Positions 48,610 to 58,168 of a stretch of 64,000 nt of DNA are shown here, one piece after another. The position numbers and the translations under genes were made by a program. Position 1 is the first letter of the stretch, and each line of letters opens with the position of its first letter. This stretch comes from Bacteroidota bacterium (lineage in GTDB: Bacteria; Bacteroidota; Rhodothermia; Rhodothermales; JAHQVL01), in contig JBCCIM010000008.1 in assembly GCA_039111535.1 (NCBI GenBank), forward strand, positions 2,984 to 66,983. The letters are read 5' to 3'. The notes under the pieces are model-generated. The model saw nothing but the letters and a program-made list of their open reading frames with translations. It was not told the origin of the DNA and ran no database searches.

Positions 48610-49755
48610 ATGAGTAACGCTGCAGACGACATGATTCCGTTGACGCTCGCTGGCGACGGAGCCTCTGTAAATATCGAAGGACCGCGGACAACAACAAGCC
48701 TCCGGTTCAGAAGATCACCCCTGGCGAGTCCGGAAGAGCAAATCCGACAATTGGAGGCTGTAGATTTGGCAGTTGGTCCAACCCAGTCGGGCAACTTCTT
48801 TGCGGACGTTTCGCACAGCGGCTGGCCCACCCTCAAGCCGGCGCAGTTGGACATTTTTCAGATCAACCTCGGCAAACTCTGCAACATGACGTGCCGGCAC
48901 TGCCATGTTGACTCTGGTCCAGATCGAACAAAAGAGAACATGGACCGCGCTACCGTTGATGCCTGCATCGAAGCCATCGAGAAATCGGGCGCCCATACGG
49001 TAGACTTGACGGGTGGCGCACCCGAATTAAATCCGAATTTCGAGTACCTCGTTGATCGTGTTACGCAGATGGGCAAACACGTGATCGACCGATGCAACCT
49101 CACCATTCTTACGGTCAGGCGCTACCAACACTTGCCCGCCTGGTTTGCCAAGCGTGGGGTTGAAGTGGTTTGCTCACTGCCCCACTACCGCAAATTGGGC
49201 ACGGACGCCCAGCGAGGTGACGGCACCTATGAAAAGTCGCTCAAAGCATTGAAAATGCTCAATGAGGTTGGCTACGGCCAGGGTGATCCCAGGCGAAAGC
49301 TGACGCTGGTAACCAATCCGGTTGGTGCTTTTTTGGCCGGCAACCAGGCTTCGCTGGAGACCGAGTGGAAAGATGCGCTTAAGAAAAACCACGATGTTTC
49401 GTTTGATACCCTGATTGCCTTGAACAACATGCCTATGTCCAGATACCTGGAATGGCTGCTGGAAAAAGGCAAACTGGACGAGTATATGCACAGGCTGCTA
49501 GACGCATTCAATCCTTCCACCATTGCCGGCCTGATGTGCCGCAACACCCTCTCGGTGTCATGGGATGGAAAAATGTACGACTGTGACTTTAATCAGCAGC
49601 TCGAAATGGAAATAGATTTCCCAGGCGAAGAACGGCTTCACGTGCGTGATTTTGATCTCGACAAATGGCTGCAGCACAACATCCGTACGGAGCGCCATTG
49701 TTATGGATGCACCGCCGGCGCCGGAAGCAGTTGTGGTGGTGCCATCACAGAGTAA
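48610..49755 (+). CDS. arsS: arsenosugar biosynthesis radical SAM protein
   Basis: QINLGKLCNMTCRHCHV (CxxxCxxC), DLTGGAPELNP, DRCNLT, NNMP, LMCRNTLSVSWDG..YDCDFNQ, HCYGCTAGAGSSCGG. Confidence 0.88.
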   Translation: MSNAADDMIPLTLAGDGASVNIEGPRTTTSLRFRRSPLASPEEQIRQLEAVDLAVGPTQSGNFFADVSHSGWPTLKPAQLDIFQINLGKLCNMTCRHCHVDSGPDRTKENMDRATVDACIEAIEKSGAHTVDLTGGAPELNPNFEYLVDRVTQMGKHVIDRCNLTILTVRRYQHLPAWFAKRGVEVVCSLPHYRKLGTDAQRGDGTYEKSLKALKMLNEVGYGQGDPRRKLTLVTNPVGAFLAGNQASLETEWKDALKKNHDVSFDTLIALNNMPMSRYLEWLLEKGKLDEYMHRLLDAFNPSTIAGLMCRNTLSVSWDGKMYDCDFNQQLEMEIDFPGEERLHVRDFDLDKWLQHNIRTERHCYGCTAGAGSSCGGAITE

Positions 49756-49829
49756 GCACCACTGATTCGCGGCTACAGTTCGTGTAGCCCATTCCCCGAA
49801 ATGCAAGTAATGAGATAAGGTTAACCACC

Positions 49830-50900
49830 ATGGAAGTAACAAAAGCAACCGCAAACGGCCACGTTGAAGCCGGCGTAAAAAACTATTATGGCCAGGTGCT
49901 TGAAAGCAAAGACGACCTGAAAACCAGCGCCTGTTGCGCGCCGGATGCGGTCCCCGAGCATCACAAACCCATCCTCGCCCAACTCGAAGACGAAATCCTG
50001 GCGCGTTTCTATGGGTGCGGCTCCCCTATCCCGCTTGCACTGGAAGGATATACCGTACTCGACCTGGGTTGCGGCACCGGACGCGATGCTTACCTGGTGT
50101 CCAAACTGGTCGGTGAAGCAGGGTCTGTCATTGGTATAGATATGACCGAAGAACAACTCGCGGTGGCAAATAAATACGAGCAAATTCAGGCCGAGAAATT
50201 TGGGTATAGCACACCCAATACAAGTTTCAGGCTCGGCTACATAGAAGACCTCAAGGCTGCCGGCATCGAAGATAATTCTGTTGATGTGGTGATTTCCAAC
50301 TGCGTCATCAACTTGTCTACCGACAAGAAAAAAGTGTTTTCCGAGATTCTACGTGTCCTCAAAGAAGGCGGCGAACTGTACTTTTCAGATATTTTTGCAG
50401 ATCGCCGCATCCCCAAAGATGTTGCTGACGACCCGGTACTGCGGGGCGAATGTCTGGGTGGTGCGATGTATATCGAAGACTTCCGCCGCATGATGTTTGA
50501 CCTTGGCATCAAAGACTTCCGCGTTGTGGCACAGCATACGGTCGAAGTTGAGGACCAGGCCCTTGCAGACAAACTGGGCAACACTAAATTTACGTCGCTC
50601 ACCATTCGCGCCTTTAAGCTGGCAAGTATCGAAGACCGCTGCGAAGACTACGGCCAGGTTGCGTATTACAAGGGCGGCATGACAGCCTCCGAACACAGTT
50701 TTGAACTGGACGATCACCACCTGTTTGAAAAAGGCCGGCCCATGCTTGTGTGCGGCAACTCAGCCGCGATGGTGCAGGACACCCGTTTCGGCAAATACTT
50801 CACCATAACCGGAGACCGCACCACACACTTCGGGTTATTCGATTGTGGTGACGCTACCGTTTCTGTCGACGCTGAAAACGCTGCCGTCTCTTGCTGCTGA
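49830..50900 (+). CDS. arsM: As(III) S-adenosylmethionine methyltransferase, AS3MT-like
   Basis: YYGQVL...DLKTSACC, RFYGCG, LDLGCGTGRD, ISNCV, GECLGGA, HFGLFDC. Confidence 0.88.
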   Translation: MEVTKATANGHVEAGVKNYYGQVLESKDDLKTSACCAPDAVPEHHKPILAQLEDEILARFYGCGSPIPLALEGYTVLDLGCGTGRDAYLVSKLVGEAGSVIGIDMTEEQLAVANKYEQIQAEKFGYSTPNTSFRLGYIEDLKAAGIEDNSVDVVISNCVINLSTDKKKVFSEILRVLKEGGELYFSDIFADRRIPKDVADDPVLRGECLGGAMYIEDFRRMMFDLGIKDFRVVAQHTVEVEDQALADKLGNTKFTSLTIRAFKLASIEDRCEDYGQVAYYKGGMTASEHSFELDDHHLFEKGRPMLVCGNSAAMVQDTRFGKYFTITGDRTTHFGLFDCGDATVSVDAENAAVSCC

Positions 50901-50902
50901 AA

Positions 50903-50967
50903 ACAGGTTCAAAGTTGAAAGTTAAGGTATTTGCTAACATTCAACATTTAACTTTTAACCTTCAACT
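50903..50967. repeat. degenerate inverted heptamer repeats between convergent genes
   Basis: Left arm AAAGTTG AAAGTTA AGGT; right arm AACATTC AACATTT AACTTTT AACCTTC AACT (reverse complement is (A/G)AA(A/G/T)GTT units). Confidence 0.6.
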
Positions 50968-51781
50968 AATAAAGCGCCATGTCGAACATGCGGCGGTGCT
51001 TTCTTGTGAGGGGGTGTTGCGGCCCGAGGAGGTTGAAAATTGCGATGACGGCTTTGCGTGAGCCATCGTCGTCGTAGTAGCGGTTTTGCTGGATTACGCT
51101 GATGAACTTTTCCAGCGCAGCATCCCACTCGTTGTTTAGCAGATGGATGGTTGCTTCGAGATATGCAGCTTTGCCATTCTCTTCCGGCATCGCTTCCCCG
51201 GTAGCAGACAGGCTCGCGAGCCTGCTCAGGGTTTTAATGCTCTCTACCACATCAAGCGTACTGGCTGCATTTGTCGGTAAAGACGCGATCAATGCGCCGG
51301 CAGCAGAGAGATCGCTTTGGGCGGTTACTTGCGCCAGTAATACGATGGCCGGTATATGGTCAGGATCTTGTGCCAATACTGACTCTAGCATCGCTTTGCC
51401 GCCAGCAGTATCGCCGGCCTGAATGGCAGCCTCCGCAGTCTGAAAAAGCCTGGCATCTTCCGTAGGAATTGATTCATCAAGCCACTTGCGCACCGCGTGT
51501 TCGGGTAAGGCACCGGTAAACTCATTTACCACATTACCATCGACAAACAGCTTGACCGCAGGTATCCCTTTTATACCATACTGGCCAGAAATATGCTGGT
51601 GCTCATCCGTGTTTACTTTGATCAGTTTCCAGCGATCAGCATGCTCTGTAGCGAGTTTTTCAAGTACAGGTCCTAACGCCCGGCATGGTCCGCACCAAGG
51701 TGCCCAGAAATCTACCAAAACCGGTTGCTGATGGCTTGCCTCAATCACATCACGCTGAAAATCTGCTACTTCGTACGCCAT
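50966..51781 (-). CDS. thioredoxin with C-terminal TPR domains (CnoX/YbbN-like)
   Basis: VDFWAPWCGPC, GIKGIPAVKLF, C-terminal helical repeats ending RKAVIAIFNLLG...RKHRRMFDMALY. Confidence 0.9.
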   Translation of the reverse strand: MAYEVADFQRDVIEASHQQPVLVDFWAPWCGPCRALGPVLEKLATEHADRWKLIKVNTDEHQHISGQYGIKGIPAVKLFVDGNVVNEFTGALPEHAVRKWLDESIPTEDARLFQTAEAAIQAGDTAGGKAMLESVLAQDPDHIPAIVLLAQVTAQSDLSAAGALIASLPTNAASTLDVVESIKTLSRLASLSATGEAMPEENGKAAYLEATIHLLNNEWDAALEKFISVIQQNRYYDDDGSRKAVIAIFNLLGPQHPLTRKHRRMFDMALY

Positions 51782-51967
51782 ATTTTAGTCAATTTATTTA
51801 TAAGGGCCGAACTTATTGGCTGCTAAGATTTAGCAATAAAAAGAGGTCTAAAAAATTAACTTGACGCAAAGGGCTCCTTCGCTATCGCTGAGGGTTCAGC
51901 TTTGGGTCCGTTCAATTTTGATGTTTCAGACAAAGACCAGTTTGTTGTCTTATTAATATTTACATAG

Positions 51968-53107
51968 ATGTTTATGCTACCGTCATGGAGCCGTTCAGGA
52001 TTCAGCCTGGCGATACTTTTGTCCGCTTTTTTCTTTACCGCATGCCAGCCGGCGCCACCGCCCGAGCCGGAAGCCCCGGCCTACGACCGCGCAAGCGATA
52101 TTATGCGTTATGACGGCGAAGACCACATCCGTAACATTCGCCAGCTCACGTTTGGCGGCAACAACGCCGAAGCATACTGGAGCGAAGATGGAGAACAGTT
52201 GGTATTCCAAAGCGACTGGGATCAGATTAACGGCCAGGGCTGTGATCAGATTTTTGTAATGAATGCTGATGGTAGCAAACTTGCCAACGGAGAAACCTAT
52301 CAACTGGCCTCTACGGGTAAAGGCCGTACAACGTGTAGCTACTTTATGCCTGATGGTCGCATTGTTTATGCTTCCACACATGAAAGCGACCCTGCATGCC
52401 CTGCTCCTGTAATGTTTAACCAGGGCCGCTATGTTTGGCCGATCTACGACTCGTACGATATTTATACCGCAACAACAGACGGTACAGATACACAGCTGCT
52501 CATCGATGGAGAGGGTTATGACGCCGAAGCTACCGTCTCACCGGATGGCAAATATGTCATCTTCACGTCTACGCGCTCAGGTGACCTGGAATTGTACCGG
52601 TATGAAATAGCAACGGCTGAGGTGCTACAGCTCACCGATACCCTCGGCTACGACGGTGGCGCTTTCTTTTCTCGTGACAGCAAAAAAATTGTCTGGCGTG
52701 CCAGCCGGCCTGAAGGTGAAGCAGCTGAGACGTACCAGGCCCTCCTGAAAGATGGCTTTGTCGAACCTAGCGCGCTCAACATTTTCATTGCCGACATCGA
52801 CGGCACCAATGTCCAGCAAATCACCGACCTACCTGGCGCAAACTGGGCACCGTTTTTTCATCCAGATGGCGAGCGGGTGCTCTTTACCTCCAATCATCAT
52901 TCGATGGAGCAGGGCGGCCGCCTGTTTGACATCTTTATGATCAATGCTGATGGCTCAGATCTGAAACAGCTGACCCATTCGGGCACCTTCGATGCCTTCC
53001 CCATGTTTTCCCTTGATGGCAAGCAGCTCGTCTTTGCTTCAAACAGAAACGAAGCCGGCGAGGACTCTCGTGAAACCAATGTTTTTGTGGCCGACTGGGT
53101 TGACTAG
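51968..53107 (+). CDS. TolB-like beta-propeller lipoprotein (PD40 repeats)
   Basis: Lipobox FTA-C; repeated QLT..G.N/Y AE/DG..S.DG..LVF.S motifs. Confidence 0.85.
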   Translation: MFMLPSWSRSGFSLAILLSAFFFTACQPAPPPEPEAPAYDRASDIMRYDGEDHIRNIRQLTFGGNNAEAYWSEDGEQLVFQSDWDQINGQGCDQIFVMNADGSKLANGETYQLASTGKGRTTCSYFMPDGRIVYASTHESDPACPAPVMFNQGRYVWPIYDSYDIYTATTDGTDTQLLIDGEGYDAEATVSPDGKYVIFTSTRSGDLELYRYEIATAEVLQLTDTLGYDGGAFFSRDSKKIVWRASRPEGEAAETYQALLKDGFVEPSALNIFIADIDGTNVQQITDLPGANWAPFFHPDGERVLFTSNHHSMEQGGRLFDIFMINADGSDLKQLTHSGTFDAFPMFSLDGKQLVFASNRNEAGEDSRETNVFVADWVD

Positions 53108-53128
53108 GCTTATATCTGGTTCTTTTTC

Positions 53129-53162
53129 AGGGCAGTGTCAATTACCGGCACTGCCCTTTTTT
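53129..53162 (+). terminator. intrinsic terminator
   Basis: AGGGCAGTG/CACTGCCCT 9-bp stem followed by a T run. Confidence 0.75.
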
Positions 53163-53296
53163 ACGGATGCTATTTTTGCCGGCCAGTCTTCTCCCCTTTC
53201 TGGAGCAATCCCATCCCGTGATACCGGCCTCAGTTCATATCCAGCCCCGTCCTTTCACCCCAAATTCACCATTTCCCATGCTGGTTAAATTTATTT

Positions 53297-53310
53297 TTAG
53301 CTGAAACTAA
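53297..53310. promoter_or_regulatory. candidate DtxR/MntR-type operator
   Basis: TTAG-CTGAAA-CTAA within an AT-rich tract 55 bp upstream of troA. Confidence 0.4.
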
Positions 53311-53365
53311 CTTTCTATTCTGATCGTACGTTCAGAACATTTAACAAAAGGGCACACACGCAACT

Positions 53366-54334
53366 ATGGTGGATATGTACAATCAAAATCAGCGCGCTAA
53401 TCAGTTTGTACTAGCTTTGGTCATGTTGCTGCTTTTTACAGGCTGTCAACCATCGGATACAGGTGATACGGTAAAGGACTTTTCGAGCAGGAAAATCAAA
53501 ATTGTCGCGACAACCAGCATGATTGCTGATCTTGTCACCGAAATCGGCGGTGACCGCGTAGAGGTTGCAGGGCTCATGGGCCCGGGTGTTGACCCCCCTC
53601 TCTACAAAGCAAGCGAAGGCGACGTACTCAAAATGGCCGGCGCAGACCTGGTTGTTTACAACGGACTCCATCTTGAAGGCAAAATGACCGAGGTGTTCGA
53701 GCAGATGGCAAAACGCAGCATCCCAACCCTTGCCGTGGCCCAGGATGCGGTACCTGACTCTTTGCGCTTAATGTCGGCAACCTATGCCGGCAATTTTGAT
53801 CCACACGTATGGTTTGATGTGACCCTGTGGCAGCAAGTGGCAGACCACGTGCATGTTGTGCTTGGTGAACTGAGCCCGACCCATCAAGCAATTTTTGCAG
53901 CCAACGCGGCGCAATACATTGAGCAGCTGGAAGCACTGCACACGTACGTTACCACCCAGGCCGCTGCCATCCCGGCATCAAGCCGCGTGCTAATTACCTC
54001 ACACGACGCCTTTGGATATTTTGGCCGCGCCTATGGATTTGACGTACATGCGCTGCAAGGCTTGAGCACAACCACGGAGGCCGGCACTGCTGACGTGCAA
54101 GAGCTTGCAGACTTCGTCGCTACAAACCGGATCCCGGCCATGTTTGTAGAATCTTCGGTATCACCGCGGGGGATTGAGGCCGTTAAGGCAGCTGTGGGCG
54201 CACGAGACTTTGAAGTACAAATTGGTGGCTACCTCTATTCAGATGCACTCGGCGACCCTGAAAGCCCCGAAGGTACCTACATCGGTACTGTTCGATACAA
54301 CATCGACACGATTGTAGCAGGATTGAAGCAGTGA
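53366..54334 (+). CDS. troA: Mn/Zn/Fe ABC transporter substrate-binding lipoprotein
   Basis: Lipobox FTG-C, VATTSMIAD, GVDP(P)LY, YNGLHLEG, DPHVWFD, TSHDAFGYF, SDALG. Confidence 0.9.
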   Translation: MVDMYNQNQRANQFVLALVMLLLFTGCQPSDTGDTVKDFSSRKIKIVATTSMIADLVTEIGGDRVEVAGLMGPGVDPPLYKASEGDVLKMAGADLVVYNGLHLEGKMTEVFEQMAKRSIPTLAVAQDAVPDSLRLMSATYAGNFDPHVWFDVTLWQQVADHVHVVLGELSPTHQAIFAANAAQYIEQLEALHTYVTTQAAAIPASSRVLITSHDAFGYFGRAYGFDVHALQGLSTTTEAGTADVQELADFVATNRIPAMFVESSVSPRGIEAVKAAVGARDFEVQIGGYLYSDALGDPESPEGTYIGTVRYNIDTIVAGLKQ

Positions 54335-54391
54335 GCATGCGTACAGCACTTGCCCACACACTGCCTGCCTGAACAAATAGCTCCAGAAACC

Positions 54392-55150
<759 letters not shown>

Positions 55151-55151
55151 T

Positions 55152-56279
55152 ATGTTTGCGCTGTTTTCGGATTATACGTTTCAGGTTGTAGCCCTCGGGG
55201 CGGCATTGCTTGGTGTTGTGAGCGGTGCCCTTGGTACGTTTGCCGTTTTACGAAAACAGAGTTTACTCGGAGACGCTATTTCTCATGCCGCCCTGCCCGG
55301 CATCGCGCTTGCGTTTCTCATCACCGGCACCAAATCCGCACTTGGCCTGATGCTGGGCGCCATGGCAGCCGGCCTTATTGCTACCCTCCTCGTTTCGTCA
55401 ATTTCAATTTCCACCCGGGTTTCTTACGACAGCGCCCTGGGCACCATTTTATCGGTATTTTTTGGCTTCGGATTGGTGTTGCTCACTGTTATTCAGAAAA
55501 TGCCCAACGCCAATCAGGCCGGTTTGAGCACTTTCCTCTTCGGCCAGGCAGCTGCCCTTGTGATTGAAGAAGTGGTAACCATGTGCATCTTTGGTGCAAT
55601 TGCACTCACGCCTACGTTGCTCTTCTGGAAAGAATTCAAATTACTGGCATTCGACCCGGAGTACGGGCAGAGCCTCGGTATGCCCATTCGGTATCTCGAC
55701 ATTTTGCTCACCTCACTCCTCGTGGTCGCCATTGTAATCGGCTTGCAAACGGTAGGGGTTGTGCTGATGAGCGCAATGATTATTGCACCGGCAGTTGCTG
55801 CCCGGCAGTGGACAAACAGGCTGGGCATCATGGTGTCGCTCAGTGCACTTTTTGGCGCACTGGCTGGTGTCTTAGGCGCCTTCTTCAGCAGCACCATCAC
55901 CCACTTGCCAACGGGGCCTACCATTGTGCTGGTTATCAGCGGAATTGTGGTTATCTCTCTTTTTCTTGCGCCTAATCGCGGCCTGCTGTGGCGCTGGCTG
56001 CGAAACCGCAGAAATGCACAACAGCTCAAACTCGACGCGGTATTGCTGGATGTGTATGCGCTGGCAGCACAACATACACCCATGACACACCCGCATGCTG
56101 AGGCGGTGCTCAACGTGATGAATGAGATGTCAGCAAAAACGGAACGCAGCCTCGAGCGGTTATCCGAACTGGGCCTTGTAGAAAAGGTACGCACCGGCGA
56201 CTGGTCACTCACTGCACGTGGACAAACGTATGTTGAGCAGTTGATGAAAGATCGATTTAAAACGGAAAGTACGGCATGA
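55152..56279 (+). CDS. troC: metal ABC transporter permease with C-terminal winged-helix-like tail
   Basis: SLLGDAISHAALPG, LFGQAA, KEFKLLAFDP, GLQTVGVVLM; about 95-aa soluble tail. Confidence 0.9.
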   Translation: MFALFSDYTFQVVALGAALLGVVSGALGTFAVLRKQSLLGDAISHAALPGIALAFLITGTKSALGLMLGAMAAGLIATLLVSSISISTRVSYDSALGTILSVFFGFGLVLLTVIQKMPNANQAGLSTFLFGQAAALVIEEVVTMCIFGAIALTPTLLFWKEFKLLAFDPEYGQSLGMPIRYLDILLTSLLVVAIVIGLQTVGVVLMSAMIIAPAVAARQWTNRLGIMVSLSALFGALAGVLGAFFSSTITHLPTGPTIVLVISGIVVISLFLAPNRGLLWRWLRNRRNAQQLKLDAVLLDVYALAAQHTPMTHPHAEAVLNVMNEMSAKTERSLERLSELGLVEKVRTGDWSLTARGQTYVEQLMKDRFKTESTA

Positions 56280-57385
56280 CGCAGCCGCAACTTGAAATAC
56301 AATTGATTGCCATCGTGGTCGCAGCTGCCTGTGCGCTACCGGGCGTCTTTCTTGTGCTGAGAAAAATGGCCATGATGAGTGATGCCATCAGCCACGCTAT
56401 TTTGCCAGGCATCGTCATCGCATTTTTTATCACCAGCGACCTGAATGCGCCGTTGCTTATCTTGGCGGCAGCGATGATGGGCGTGTTAACGGTAGTGCTT
56501 GTAGAGCTCATTTACCGGACAAAACTCGTCAAAGAAGATGCAGCCATCGGGCTTGTTTTCCCGGCTTTGTTCAGTATTGGCGTGATTCTGATCGCTCAAT
56601 ATGCCGGCGATGTGCACCTCGACACAGATGCCGTCCTGCTTGGCGAGCTTGCCTTTGCGCCTTTTGACCGGCTCACCATTGGCGGCGCAGACGTCGGACC
56701 GCGAGCGTTCTGGGTGATGTCTGTCATTTTACTCCTAAACATAGGGTTCATCACCCTGTTCTATAAAGAACTGAAGCTGGCCACTTTTGACGCCGGACTT
56801 GCAGCAGCCCTTGGTTTTCTCCCCGGAGCCTTGCACTATGGCTTAATGGCCCTGGTATCGGTTACAGCTGTTGGTGCCTTTGATGCGGTCGGGTCAATCC
56901 TTGTTGTCGCGCTGATGGTTGGGCCGGCGGCAACAGCCAATTTACTAACGGACAAACTGACACGGCTCATCAGCCTGAGCCTGGTTATTGGTATTGGAGA
57001 TGCGATTGCTGGCTACTGGCTCGCTCACTTTTTTGATACGTCAATTGCCGGTAGCATGGCAACTGTTGTAGGCTTCTCGTTCGTTCTGGCCCTGATGTTT
57101 GCGCCAAACCAGGGCGTCGTTTCCGTACTGCGCAGGCGTCGGTTACAGCGATTAAACTTCGCTGCAAAAATGCTGACAATCCACCTGGCAAACCACGAAG
57201 GCACTCCCGACGAACAGCGCGAAAATCAGATCGACCACCTGGAGGACCACCTTACCTGGGATGCTGTATTTGCCACACGCATCGTCAAGTTTTCGGAGCA
57301 GCGAGGCCTCGTAAAAACTGCTGGCAAACAGCTACAGCTTACAGATGCCGGCCGGGTGCTCGCAAGCGAGGCCGTTGTCAACTAG
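56276..57385 (+). CDS. troD: second metal ABC transporter permease with C-terminal winged-helix-like tail
   Basis: MMSDAISHAILPG, LLGELAFAP, YKELKLATFD, AFDAVGSILVV; ATGA overlap with troC; about 85-aa soluble tail. Confidence 0.9.
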   Translation: MTQPQLEIQLIAIVVAAACALPGVFLVLRKMAMMSDAISHAILPGIVIAFFITSDLNAPLLILAAAMMGVLTVVLVELIYRTKLVKEDAAIGLVFPALFSIGVILIAQYAGDVHLDTDAVLLGELAFAPFDRLTIGGADVGPRAFWVMSVILLLNIGFITLFYKELKLATFDAGLAAALGFLPGALHYGLMALVSVTAVGAFDAVGSILVVALMVGPAATANLLTDKLTRLISLSLVIGIGDAIAGYWLAHFFDTSIAGSMATVVGFSFVLALMFAPNQGVVSVLRRRRLQRLNFAAKMLTIHLANHEGTPDEQRENQIDHLEDHLTWDAVFATRIVKFSEQRGLVKTAGKQLQLTDAGRVLASEAVVN

Positions 57386-57403
57386 CAGTTAAATGCCCTG
57401 TAA

Positions 57404-58168
57404 CTAGGCTGTTTGCCGGTTGATATACGATACCAGTTCGGTGCTAATTACTTTGAACATGGCTTCAAGCGATGCAATAAGCGATGACGCTTTGGCATCA
57501 TCAAGGTTACCCTGCTTCCCAATGGATTCGAGTTGTTTGCAAATCAGGGCGGCATCGTTGGCGCCAAATGTAGCACTGCTGGATTTGAGCGTATGGGCTG
57601 CCCGCTCCAGCTCAGAAGCATTTCCGCCTTCATACGCGCCGCGAATATTGACCAGCAGTTCGCCTCCATCCTCAAGGAAATCACTGATGAGTCCGCTTGC
57701 AAAGTCAACGTCGTTGCCGAGCATTGCAATGAGCTCATCCAGCACCGTGAAGTTGATTACGGGTGCCGTTGACGCTTCTTCTTCAGCAGGTTCATCAGCT
57801 TTTGGTTTCACCGGGCATCGATCAAATGCTTCGTGCAAGTCTTCCATACGAATGGGCTTGCTGATATAGTCATTCATGCCGGCGGCTATACACCGCTCTC
57901 GGTCACCTTGCATAGCGTTTGCGGTGAGCGCTATGATGTATGGCCGCTCTGCTACGGGATATTTTTCGACAATGCGCCGGGTTGCTTCCAGGCCGTCCAT
58001 TTCGGGCATTTGCATATCCATCAGAATCACATCGTAATGCGCACGCTCCAATGCCGCCAGTGCTTCAACCCCGTTGTTCGCCACCTCTGCAGAGAATCCA
58101 ATTCTCTCCAGCATTCGCAAAGCCACCTTTTGATTTACCGGGTTATCTTCCGCTAATAGAATATGCAT
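57404..58168 (-). CDS. stand-alone receiver + Hpt phosphorelay protein
   Basis: ILLAEDNPVNQ, ILMDMQMPEMDG, LTANAM, YISKP; Hpt AHTLKSSS. Confidence 0.92.
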   Translation of the reverse strand: MHILLAEDNPVNQKVALRMLERIGFSAEVANNGVEALAALERAHYDVILMDMQMPEMDGLEATRRIVEKYPVAERPYIIALTANAMQGDRERCIAAGMNDYISKPIRMEDLHEAFDRCPVKPKADEPAEEEASTAPVINFTVLDELIAMLGNDVDFASGLISDFLEDGGELLVNIRGAYEGGNASELERAAHTLKSSSATFGANDAALICKQLESIGKQGNLDDAKASSLIASLEAMFKVISTELVSYINRQTA

